Shown here: positions 55,632 to 64,000 of the stretch, one piece after another
Position numbering within the stretch: the first letter of the stretch is position 1
Layout of the letters: each line of letters begins with the position of its first letter
Virus record (IMG/VR): IMGVR_UViG_3300030329_006583
Location: 1-64,000 of that record
Direction: 5' to 3' (one strand)
Length of the DNA: 64,000 bases
Program-made: the position numbers and the translations under genes
The notes under the pieces: model-generated
The model's input: only the letters and a program-made list of their open reading frames with translations
Databases searched by the model: none
Told to the model about the DNA's origin: nothing

Positions 55632-58600
55632 CAGAAATCTATTTTGACCCTAAAAAATAATTTATCATTATCTCTCTTGATCACCGGCTGAGCAAGATTT
55701 GTTCTTGCTATAATATTAAAGTTATCATCATGAAAGTTTAAACTGGTGATGTAGGTGAAATTTAAATTTTCATCACTTACATGATCCGAAGGTAATAATG
55801 ATTCATAGGTTGGGTTGGAAGATGAGGCAAACATATGTGCCGGCGCAGGGATCATTACCTCCAAAACGTGCACATTTCTTTCACCTTCAAATTCCAAACG
55901 AAATTGTTCTCCAGGCGCAATTTGTGTACCCCCGCCACCTTCTCCAGGGGTCTCATCACCCGGTAAAAACCCAATTATTTCACTAAATTGAGCACCATTT
56001 CTTCCCAATGTATATAAGTGAGGTGATTTTATTACCGCGAGGCCTTCTTCATATATAATGTCCCCAACATTATTCCATGTAGCATGAGGAGTCTTGCAAT
56101 CAGCCCTGTAAATGTTTCCATGACCATCATCCTTGAGGGTAACCGATAAGGTGTTTTTAAAATCTGCATTCACCGTAGACTTCACTAATCCCACCCTACC
56201 GGTGATTGTCATTGATTTTTTCCTTACCCTGTCACCATAATACAATTGTGGTATTATGAAAAATGTAACCATATTACTACTGGTGTCAAGTAATTCATAA
56301 CCAACAGATGTTATAATACCACCCTTTTTTTCAAATCCTATCAATGCATCATCTGGGTTTGGACCATAGCCTAATCCGCTAATAAAACCAACTGGAAATA
56401 GATTTGTTAAAAAAGGTGTTGGACCTGCTAACGAAGATAAATTTGCCCATTTTTCTGCATCTGATAATTCAGGTAAGCCACTTTGTTTTAACAGCATATT
56501 ATAACGTTGCAACATTTTATTACCCGGGGGTTGCCACATTAATTCACCTAGATTAATCAAACTTAAATCTAGATATCCGGCATCAGTGGTGTATTTATCA
56601 AGCATGCTTCCTGAAAGTGGCTTGAGGTATTGGGTTGTGTAATCCAAAAAGTGTTGTTGCTCATTTGTTAACCCAAGTTGCCTAGTTATAGAACCGGTCA
56701 ACAATAAGTTAAAATCGGGCCTAAAATAACCATTGTCATTTGGCATAAGCAACCCATTGGCTTTTGCAACGCGTTCCACCGTTGCCGGTAGATTAGAACT
56801 GTCTCCCATACCTAATAATGTGTGATATGGAAGCGCATAAGGGCCCGCCAGGCCGGCAGGCCTGGATATCCAGGTGCCAAACCCATCTGAATAATATGTA
56901 CCGCCTGATGGGCTAGCCTCTGTGGTAGGCCAGTTTCCTTCCTGATTAATTGATGCAGTAAGATTATAAAGGCGTGGATATATCCCTTTACGTAAATTTG
57001 GTAAACCTTCACATGCAAAATTTCTCACAAAATTCTGTAAATTGATTTGCAGGATATTGTTCGTTAATGACAAAGGTGCATTAAATGGATCAATTGTAGT
57101 TTGAATCGGCATACCTGTTTTCATTTTAAGGGGTACAGTACCTGCATTATAAAACGGGGTAATTGGTATGTAACGATATGGTGATTCCTTTACAAAAAGA
57201 ACGGGTAAATAAAACAAAAGTGTAGCCCATGTACTAAAATCATTTTCATCGAAACCCCTAGGACGCGTGCTCACATTTGTTTTACCCTTCACAATGTATG
57301 CAGAAACCTGTGATAAAGATTGACGATTAAGCGTAGAATGACTGGGCCCGAATTGGCTCCTAAAGCCCCTATTCCAAATTCTTATTTCGTGAACTTCAGC
57401 ACGAAGATCGTGGCGGAAACCAAAATTAGAAGGATCTGCAGTTGCCGGGGTGGCCTGTATAATCCCTTCGCCTCGGGCTACGCGACTATTGAAAAAATCT
57501 GCAATTTGATTCCCTTCTACCGAATTATTAGGCCCTTCATAAAAATTGCCCAAAAATAGTGCATCAGGATCAGAACGATAATTATTGCTGGGTCTTTTTA
57601 CTGCAAATGTTGTTGTGACATTTAAACTCTTTGAAGGAATAAAAAATTTAGAATCTACATTTCCATCAATAACAAAAGAACCCATCCTTCTATTGGTTTG
57701 GGTATCCCAATTAATGGAAATGTGATGCCAGTGATTGTGTTTAAGTGAAGCACTAGACTCAAATATAAGATCATTCGGAAAAGAGCGTGTTGTTCCCCCG
57801 CTGTTGTTAGCAGCGCCCAACGTAACGGATGATGGTGCAATTTCAGCACTGTGACTTAATTGTAAGAGCAATTTAAAACGTGATGGTTTATTTTCTAAAT
57901 CCCTCTCACTTCCTGTTACCAAGGATACCGCATAACACGAAGACATATGTAATATGGTTCCAGCCTTGAAATGACCCGTATGATCTAAATCATTATAACG
58001 AGGATTAATCCAGAATTCAAAATTAAAACCACTCGATATAGTCCTGTAAGGTGCTGCAAAAACACCACCTGTAGCTACTGATGATGTAAAAGCAGGATAA
58101 ATTAAGGCTGTTCCATTAGTGGGATCTGAGAGACTTTCATGAAGACCATGGGCAGCATTTAATGAACTAGTGAAAAAATTCAAAGAATTGTAGTTTGTAT
58201 AAGCCCAGTTTAAATTATGATACTGGTGCTTATAATCCTCATATAATATCTTCCTAATGTTATTTTTGGCCAAACTAGCAGACGAAAAATTAGGGGTAGG
58301 CCTAGATAGTGCTATTTCTACCTGTTGTTGTTTTCTAGAAGCTGGGCCTTGAATTTTCACCAATTCCAGGTAATTTTCCAACAACGTTGATATATCTGTA
58401 CCATCCGGAATAGGATCTGGTAATAAACCCATAGCCTTCAATGTTTCCAAAATGGTGGTTAAATTATCTGCCCCAAAATACACATTATCGGCGTCCTCCA
58501 CCGTATAATCGGCATCCTTTTCAATATCAGAACGCTGAGCATACACATAAATCGAACCGGTTACCCCAACGGAACTGGAGGCAAACATTCTTTTTGGATT

Positions 58601-58654
58601 CACCTGTAATGTTACAGTATCAAAATTTTTAGGGGCTAACCCAATAACTGACAT
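55631..58654 (-). CDS. Virion protein with LamG/concanavalin-like domain and baseplate-attachment-type C-terminus
   Basis: FNFEFWINP...WHHISINWD...FVIDG...LFLG...EVHEIRIWN (LamG); C-terminal SSNPTY...YITSLNFHDDNFNIIARTNLAQPVIK...FRVKIDF. Confidence 0.7.
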   Translation of the reverse strand: MSVIGLAPKNFDTVTLQVNPKRMFASSSVGVTGSIYVYAQRSDIEKDADYTVEDADNVYFGADNLTTILETLKAMGLLPDPIPDGTDISTLLENYLELVKIQGPASRKQQQVEIALSRPTPNFSSASLAKNNIRKILYEDYKHQYHNLNWAYTNYNSLNFFTSSLNAAHGLHESLSDPTNGTALIYPAFTSSVATGGVFAAPYRTISSGFNFEFWINPRYNDLDHTGHFKAGTILHMSSCYAVSLVTGSERDLENKPSRFKLLLQLSHSAEIAPSSVTLGAANNSGGTTRSFPNDLIFESSASLKHNHWHHISINWDTQTNRRMGSFVIDGNVDSKFFIPSKSLNVTTTFAVKRPSNNYRSDPDALFLGNFYEGPNNSVEGNQIADFFNSRVARGEGIIQATPATADPSNFGFRHDLRAEVHEIRIWNRGFRSQFGPSHSTLNRQSLSQVSAYIVKGKTNVSTRPRGFDENDFSTWATLLFYLPVLFVKESPYRYIPITPFYNAGTVPLKMKTGMPIQTTIDPFNAPLSLTNNILQINLQNFVRNFACEGLPNLRKGIYPRLYNLTASINQEGNWPTTEASPSGGTYYSDGFGTWISRPAGLAGPYALPYHTLLGMGDSSNLPATVERVAKANGLLMPNDNGYFRPDFNLLLTGSITRQLGLTNEQQHFLDYTTQYLKPLSGSMLDKYTTDAGYLDLSLINLGELMWQPPGNKMLQRYNMLLKQSGLPELSDAEKWANLSSLAGPTPFLTNLFPVGFISGLGYGPNPDDALIGFEKKGGIITSVGYELLDTSSNMVTFFIIPQLYYGDRVRKKSMTITGRVGLVKSTVNADFKNTLSVTLKDDGHGNIYRADCKTPHATWNNVGDIIYEEGLAVIKSPHLYTLGRNGAQFSEIIGFLPGDETPGEGGGGTQIAPGEQFRLEFEGERNVHVLEVMIPAPAHMFASSSNPTYESLLPSDHVSDENLNFTYITSLNFHDDNFNIIARTNLAQPVIKRDNDKLFFRVKIDF

Positions 58655-58678
58655 TATATCACATGCCTTGTAAATACA

Positions 58679-59932
58679 CTAGAAATCTAATCTCACCCTA
58701 AAAGTTATATCCTTTTGATCATTTTTCTCCACTGGGCGTGATAATTTTGCTACCGCCAACAATGTATCAGATGCATCATACAAACCAATTGTAGTTGGCA
58801 TTGTAAATGCACGTGTAGTTGGATCATTGGCGTCTAACACTACTATGTTATTTACACTATCCACGTATGTAGGATTGGCAGAGTAATTAAATTCATCTGC
58901 TGATGCACGGCAAAATATTAAAGTAGAGTTTATGGTAGTTTGATTTTGGAATGTCATTGCAGTTAAAGCAGAACCTGATTGAAATCTGCACCCTGCAAAA
59001 TGATCAAGTATGTTATCCATGGATGCAGATACCATGAAATCAGGAATAAATTTTGACGCAGGATTATTGGCTGTAACACCCATTACTGTTTTTCCGGCAG
59101 CAATGGAGGCACCGTCAATTGTCTGTGCGGCAGAAATTGCATCAATAGAACCACTGCAACGTTGACTACCTGAAATTACCTTTGCCATATCTAAGATGGC
59201 ACAACCTTGGTCATAATATACCAACCCAACACTGTTCGATGCATTAGATGAATCCACAAGTCGGCCGACGCGGCCACCAAACACACTTTGCTGCTTGTTT
59301 TGTGAAGAACCGACATCGGTAATTATCATGGCGCTACCGGTTGACGTACTGTCAATATTACCACCAATTGTCTCGCCTGCACCGAATGGTGCCAATCCAC
59401 CAGCAACAGATGCAGTAGAAAATAATTTCAGTGCAAACGTTTCTGGTTTAATGCTATCACGAGCAAACAATCTTTTAAAACTTAAAAATAATGCATTATC
59501 AACCCTATCGCTGGTTGTGGTTGAGTTATAAGGCGCATAAAATGCATTATTAGCGTTTCCTAAAAGGTTTTGCGCAAATTGCCTGTAAACATCAACTTTT
59601 TCACGCATCATTAATGATGTAGAAGGAAATAACAGTTTACCGTTTGCATCCTGTCCTGTCGAGGCAGTTAAAACAGTACTGCCTGAATAGTAAAGACCCA
59701 TGGTAATATCAAAAATTGCATTGGCTGTTTGCAACGTATAATTTTGATCATATATTGTTTGAAAAAGCGAAGAAGTAACACCAGGCCCCAAACCACCTGT
59801 AACAAAAACTTGTGCTTTTTTACGGGTGGTACTTCCTGATATATCAGCCTGAACTATATCAATAAGTTGGTTAAGCGTAGATCTTGAGGCTTTGATATCA
59901 CTACCAGGTTTCAACGGTTTAAAAATTGCCAT
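58679..59932 (-). CDS. Baseplate/fibre-associated virion protein
   Basis: C-terminal EFNYSANPTY...TTIGLYDASDTLLAVAKLSRPVEK...FRVRLDF, homologous to the C-terminus of the next gene. Confidence 0.7.
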   Translation of the reverse strand: MAIFKPLKPGSDIKASRSTLNQLIDIVQADISGSTTRKKAQVFVTGGLGPGVTSSLFQTIYDQNYTLQTANAIFDITMGLYYSGSTVLTASTGQDANGKLLFPSTSLMMREKVDVYRQFAQNLLGNANNAFYAPYNSTTTSDRVDNALFLSFKRLFARDSIKPETFALKLFSTASVAGGLAPFGAGETIGGNIDSTSTGSAMIITDVGSSQNKQQSVFGGRVGRLVDSSNASNSVGLVYYDQGCAILDMAKVISGSQRCSGSIDAISAAQTIDGASIAAGKTVMGVTANNPASKFIPDFMVSASMDNILDHFAGCRFQSGSALTAMTFQNQTTINSTLIFCRASADEFNYSANPTYVDSVNNIVVLDANDPTTRAFTMPTTIGLYDASDTLLAVAKLSRPVEKNDQKDITFRVRLDF

Positions 59933-59952
59933 TCTATATTCCTTTCTTTATC

Positions 59953-60663
59953 TTATGCAGCTGTTGTGTTCCGGATTTGTACCTCAATGTTGGCTTGAGC
60001 ACCGGTGAAAAACCCTTTTGCATTAATGTAGGTTCTTATCATATTCGTATCGTTATATGTTGCATAAACATTAAATTGATTAATGGGACGCGTTGCCACG
60101 GAAAAAGTGACCCTGCTCCCTCTTTGACTAGTTGGTTGCCCTCCGGCATTTAATAAATATGTTGCAATATTATCAGTATCAACTACCGGTGTTTGGCCGG
60201 GAATATATAAAAATCTATTTTGCATTTTAATTTCATATAATCCATCATATAACTCCGGGCCAATTGCCGCAGATGTGGACATTGATTGTGCAATTTGGAC
60301 GGACCTTTTATTTGCTGACACATCCGAGGCAACTGTCATTGACAATAGGGAGGTATTTCCTTCCAATGTTACCTGTAATGACGGCAATCTAATCAAGGTG
60401 TTAGAACTCAGGCTTAATAATTTATGCTTTATCGCCAAATTACCATGAGTCTGTGCTTCAAATACGGGGGTATTTTTTATAATTTTCTCTTTTCCCACCG
60501 TGGTACCAAATTTTTTAATTATGGTGTAATCAACTTCATCATCGCCTAAAGCAAATTTAGTAATAGCAAACGATCCATTATTTAAAGCCATGGCTCGACG
60601 ACCTGCATCTGTTAAAACCGCGTCTATTAAAACATTATTGGTTGAATTATCTAAAAATCCCAT
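59953..60663 (-). CDS. Baseplate/fibre-associated virion protein
   Basis: N-terminal DAVLTDAGRRAMA...AITKFALGDDEVDY, like the start of tail-collar-fibre (P2 gpH N-terminal type) domains; AGGAG SD. Confidence 0.65.
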   Translation of the reverse strand: MGFLDNSTNNVLIDAVLTDAGRRAMALNNGSFAITKFALGDDEVDYTIIKKFGTTVGKEKIIKNTPVFEAQTHGNLAIKHKLLSLSSNTLIRLPSLQVTLEGNTSLLSMTVASDVSANKRSVQIAQSMSTSAAIGPELYDGLYEIKMQNRFLYIPGQTPVVDTDNIATYLLNAGGQPTSQRGSRVTFSVATRPINQFNVYATYNDTNMIRTYINAKGFFTGAQANIEVQIRNTTAA

Positions 60664-60686
60664 TTAATTCTCCTACATACTGACAA

Positions 60687-60693
60687 TAATTAT
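60687..60693 (-). promoter_or_regulatory. Candidate promoter (ATAATTA late motif, overlapping a TTGAGG-N17-TATAAT sigma70-like match)
   Basis: 23 nt before ATG 60663; both readings fit the sequence. Confidence 0.45.
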
Positions 60694-60787
60694 ACACCAA
60701 ATAAATTCAAGCCTCAATTGTTAAGATAAGCTATAAAAAAACAAAAGTTAATAGACTTTAAAAACCCTTAAGGCCACATAAGCTGTT

Positions 60788-62944
60788 TTATGTGATGCTA
60801 TCAAATTTTCTGACATATAATTCCAATGCTTGTGTTTGATGCCTATCAACATTTGTGATTTGCATAATATATCTTCCAAAAGCATCGCTTTCTGTTTGTG
60901 CATCTTCCTCTATTTCTTGGTATACAACATGTTGTAAAGATTCCCCGTCAACTGTTACGTCCATACAATCCGGATCAAATCCCACAAACATTTGATCATA
61001 ATTACTCACTGATATTAAGTCTGTCGTTAAATTAGTCACCCCGGGAAGTGTGCTAACATTTTCTCTCACAAACCAATTTGGGTACGGTTCAGGGGCATCG
61101 ATTGGTGACATTAACTCCACTTTCAATTTATTTGTAAACCTGTCAAATGATACCACATATTGCGCCGAATAATTACTGAAACTCCCAAATAAATCACCTG
61201 CCACCACAGCGTATATATAGGTGCTATCCATATCAAATTCAGTATCCACATAAAAAGTTTGAGGAAATTTCATTTTTTTAATCAATGAAGGCCTAATCCA
61301 TGCCGTGACAGGTATTTTCTGTGAACCACACCAGCCCATGGGACTAAAATCATAAAACGCCAACAATTGAAATGGTTCTGCCAAGGTTTTTCTTCTATAG
61401 ACCTTAAAATATGCAACATCCCCCTGGCGTTCGGGCGGAAATCCCCAATGAAAAGTTAACTCATCACGATAATAATCCCACACAAATTTAAGATCCCTGG
61501 GTGCTTGTGGGGGAGGATCAAACTTAGAAGGTTTAGAACAATCCACAATCATTGCATAACCTGGTTTTGACATAACCAGAATGCGTTGTAAATATAAACC
61601 ACCTGACACTACATCATATATGGGCGCATCAATTAATGCCAATGTTCTAGGCCTGTATAAATAAATTGCACCCACCTTTATTTTTGCATCAATTCCCTGC
61701 AGGTGATAAGGTGAGCCAAATACGACAGTATCCCTCCTTTGCCATGCAGTACCTACCAATGCACCGTCTTGAGACAAGAGTTCCACTAGTTCAAATTTTT
61801 CTATCAAATAACCTGCAGCTTGAAATTTCCATTCCAATGGTGTGCCCGGAGGCAGTTGGCCTATAACCTGGGTTTTGTATTTATCTTCTAACAGATCCTG
61901 AATCAAGGGAATCTGTAAATCATATTCTGCTAAATTCATCTGCTCAGGATTAAAAAATGCACGAGCATTTGTTTGAAATTGAGACAAAAATTGCAAATCA
62001 TCACAGATCACATTTGAAAATGGGCCCGAAGGTTTAGATGACATACGATTGGCAATTTGGTGCGCAAATTTTCCATTAAGCTGCCCATAATGCACAACAC
62101 GAGAAAACGTTTCTTCCTCTGCCAAATAGTCGCCGTTTTCAGGATCCCAAATTTTGACATTAGGATTTGACATAGCTGCATTAGTGGCATTATCAACAAA
62201 TGCAGCAGTTGTTTCTAACTCATCGTTGGCCAAAGTATGCTCTTTATCTGACGTTTTAAGATCAGCTACTAAATCTTCCAGGCCGGTTTTGGGATCACCT
62301 GCTTCACCTAGCAAATACTTTATTTCACCACCCATAACCGCCAATTCAATCAATTCTTGTGCCGCGTTATTATCTTGCAATGCAAAAGAAGTATAAGGAA
62401 CACCGGAATAACCTAATTTTGAAAAATATGATTCATCAACCAAGGTATCAAAATTGGCACGTATAAGTGCCTCCATTGACTCAACGGTAATTTGAGCGGG
62501 TTCATTAGGCATAGGTAAAAAATCAATACTAAGATCTTGAGCCGGTGTGCCAAAATTGAATAACACAAATCTAGGAACAAATGAAAGAAAATCCACTAGA
62601 TTAATAATGGGTTCACCATTTTCCGGAATAAGGTAACCGGAGAAATCAAGCACCGTATCACCACCGGATAAACCCAGTGCTTCCTGTAACGCCAGTGATT
62701 TTGGTGTTCCATCAAATAAACCGGAATCATTTTCACATTCATCCTCTGTATGTTTATTATAAAACCACTCTGCACTAAATCCTTTTGGTTTAGGTATCTC
62801 TAGGACATTAAGAGGAATTCCGGGAAATGAAGTTGCATTTATATAATCTTCATTTACATATCCGTCAGCAACTGCATCCGGGCCTATAAAGCCTGCCTTG
62901 ATACCCGCCAATACGGCCGCTGCTACTTTTGGAGGTGTTGTCAT
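60788..62944 (-). CDS. Large hypothetical virion-type protein with an Fn3-like segment
   Basis: 718 aa; PPQAPRDLKF...LTFHWGFP...VAYFKVYRR...YIYAVVAGDLFG...SNYS resembles fibronectin type III. Confidence 0.55.
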   Translation of the reverse strand: MTTPPKVAAAVLAGIKAGFIGPDAVADGYVNEDYINATSFPGIPLNVLEIPKPKGFSAEWFYNKHTEDECENDSGLFDGTPKSLALQEALGLSGGDTVLDFSGYLIPENGEPIINLVDFLSFVPRFVLFNFGTPAQDLSIDFLPMPNEPAQITVESMEALIRANFDTLVDESYFSKLGYSGVPYTSFALQDNNAAQELIELAVMGGEIKYLLGEAGDPKTGLEDLVADLKTSDKEHTLANDELETTAAFVDNATNAAMSNPNVKIWDPENGDYLAEEETFSRVVHYGQLNGKFAHQIANRMSSKPSGPFSNVICDDLQFLSQFQTNARAFFNPEQMNLAEYDLQIPLIQDLLEDKYKTQVIGQLPPGTPLEWKFQAAGYLIEKFELVELLSQDGALVGTAWQRRDTVVFGSPYHLQGIDAKIKVGAIYLYRPRTLALIDAPIYDVVSGGLYLQRILVMSKPGYAMIVDCSKPSKFDPPPQAPRDLKFVWDYYRDELTFHWGFPPERQGDVAYFKVYRRKTLAEPFQLLAFYDFSPMGWCGSQKIPVTAWIRPSLIKKMKFPQTFYVDTEFDMDSTYIYAVVAGDLFGSFSNYSAQYVVSFDRFTNKLKVELMSPIDAPEPYPNWFVRENVSTLPGVTNLTTDLISVSNYDQMFVGFDPDCMDVTVDGESLQHVVYQEIEEDAQTESDAFGRYIMQITNVDRHQTQALELYVRKFDSIT

Positions 62945-63997
62945 TTATATACCCCACATCGGGTTTTGGTGTATTTGTTCCACTTTATCTTTTTCCACCA
63001 ATGATATTGTTACAAAATATTGATCCGCTAAAAGATTGTCTTGACCAGCCCCAAATTGTGAATGTTTATAAACATATATAGTCTCATCCGGATAAATTGA
63101 TTCATATGCGCTAACCGCTATTGTGTCATCAATTAATACATTTTTTACATTTTCAATTATACCATCAGTCACATAGGATGTAATTACATCCGGATCATTT
63201 TGGGACTCACGAATTATAAATCTATCTACATCCACGGGAATAGCAAACACCCTATCAAATATCTTCATTGAAGTGGCTTGAGAAAATAGGTTGGTGGATT
63301 GAAAAGCAGCAGATGAAAGCATTAACTTAATATTGTCAAATTTCGCAGTAGTGAGATTCGTTGCCGGGCCTAAAACATTGTGATTTGCCAATTTAACCGG
63401 ATGCAATAATTTTGATTTATCAACTACACTGTTCCATTCTGGGGATACCCCTGGATATTCAGGATCTGCGTTGCTGCCTGCACCTTTGTGATTCTCACCG
63501 GCCAGTGCGGCAGGTATACTGGGTATATATACAGCTGTTGAGAATGGGTGTGCCATTAATGTAGAGGGAAAAATTTCACCGGTGGACACCATATTTGCAA
63601 AATCCTTCGGGGTACCTTGTTCACCAGGTGCCGGAAGTGCATTACCTTTTGCAACCTGCGTCAAAAATGCCACTGCATCAGTTGTCACATTTAAACCGTT
63701 TGAAAAATCATCATATGCATGTGTATATGTCATCTCATCCAATTCCATACCATACATCGAACGATAATACCTACCAAGTAATTCACTTACAATGTGATTT
63801 TTTAACAGTGATTGTTTATTGGTAGAACTCAACATATCCCAATATTGCTGAAACAAGAAATCCTTTTGATACATTGAAGTACCGGTTGGATTATTAAGTA
63901 AATTATTCCCCAAACCTGTTCCTGATACCCCACCAAAGTTATTGACAAAGTTAGGGGATCCACCTGCAAATGTGAAATCCGACGTCGGTTGTGTCAT
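62945..63997 (-). CDS. Hypothetical protein (start at window edge, unverified)
   Basis: 350 aa; stop abuts the next ATG; upstream context cut off by the window. Confidence 0.6.
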   Translation of the reverse strand: MTQPTSDFTFAGGSPNFVNNFGGVSGTGLGNNLLNNPTGTSMYQKDFLFQQYWDMLSSTNKQSLLKNHIVSELLGRYYRSMYGMELDEMTYTHAYDDFSNGLNVTTDAVAFLTQVAKGNALPAPGEQGTPKDFANMVSTGEIFPSTLMAHPFSTAVYIPSIPAALAGENHKGAGSNADPEYPGVSPEWNSVVDKSKLLHPVKLANHNVLGPATNLTTAKFDNIKLMLSSAAFQSTNLFSQATSMKIFDRVFAIPVDVDRFIIRESQNDPDVITSYVTDGIIENVKNVLIDDTIAVSAYESIYPDETIYVYKHSQFGAGQDNLLADQYFVTISLVEKDKVEQIHQNPMWGI

Positions 63998-64000
63998 CGG

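Noticed and set aside
181-63825. All other short plus-strand and nested out-of-frame ORFs in the track
   Set aside because: They lie inside well-supported minus-strand genes, have no family motifs, and no plus-strand expression signals were seen.
1-64000. Alternative genetic code (stop-codon reassignment, seen in some large phages)
   Set aside because: TAA, TAG (5516, 7758, 10433, 11666) and TGA (4097, 6471, 14911, 55631) all end genes at expected C-termini, and conserved proteins are uninterrupted in the standard code.
1-64000. CRISPR arrays, tRNA/rRNA genes, integrase or transposase
   Set aside because: Gaps between genes are all under about 170 nt and are explained by promoters and terminators; I saw no repeat-spacer arrays, cloverleafs or recombinase motifs by eye.

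Overview
The whole 64 kb window is a densely packed segment of a large myovirus genome with T4-like structural genes. Every credible gene is on the minus strand and reads in the standard genetic code. In transcription order (right to left): baseplate/fibre-type virion proteins; RuvC-like resolvase; primase; a single-chain SbcD-SbcC (gp47-gp46) fusion; terminase large subunit; portal; prohead protease; small head-associated proteins; ribosomal protein bS21; scaffold; major capsid protein; three tandem decoration-like paralogs; a PAS-domain protein plus a membrane-anchored coiled-coil protein; neck proteins gp13/14/15; two tandem tail-sheath paralogs; tail tube; a tail chaperone pair; tape measure; baseplate tube-initiator, LysM and hub proteins. 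A replication block follows: a minimal family-A polymerase, a degenerate HD protein, a gp32-like SSB, RecA/UvsX, 5'-3' exonuclease, helicase, class II RNR with an HNH intein, and ClpP. Most notable signals read directly from the sequence: (1) a U7 slippery site that would fuse the tail chaperone to the next ORF by a +1/-2 frameshift; (2) a separately delimited PAS + membrane coiled-coil two-gene unit inside the morphogenesis region; (3) bS21 in the head operon of a strongly SD-led genome; (4) two apparent promoter classes (TTGAAC-N17-TAnnnT before replication genes, ATA(T/A/G)TTA before virion genes); (5) a 7-mer repeat leader on the SSB mRNA; (6) an exonuclease-less Leu762 PolA. All protein assignments come from motifs recognised by eye; no database searches were run.
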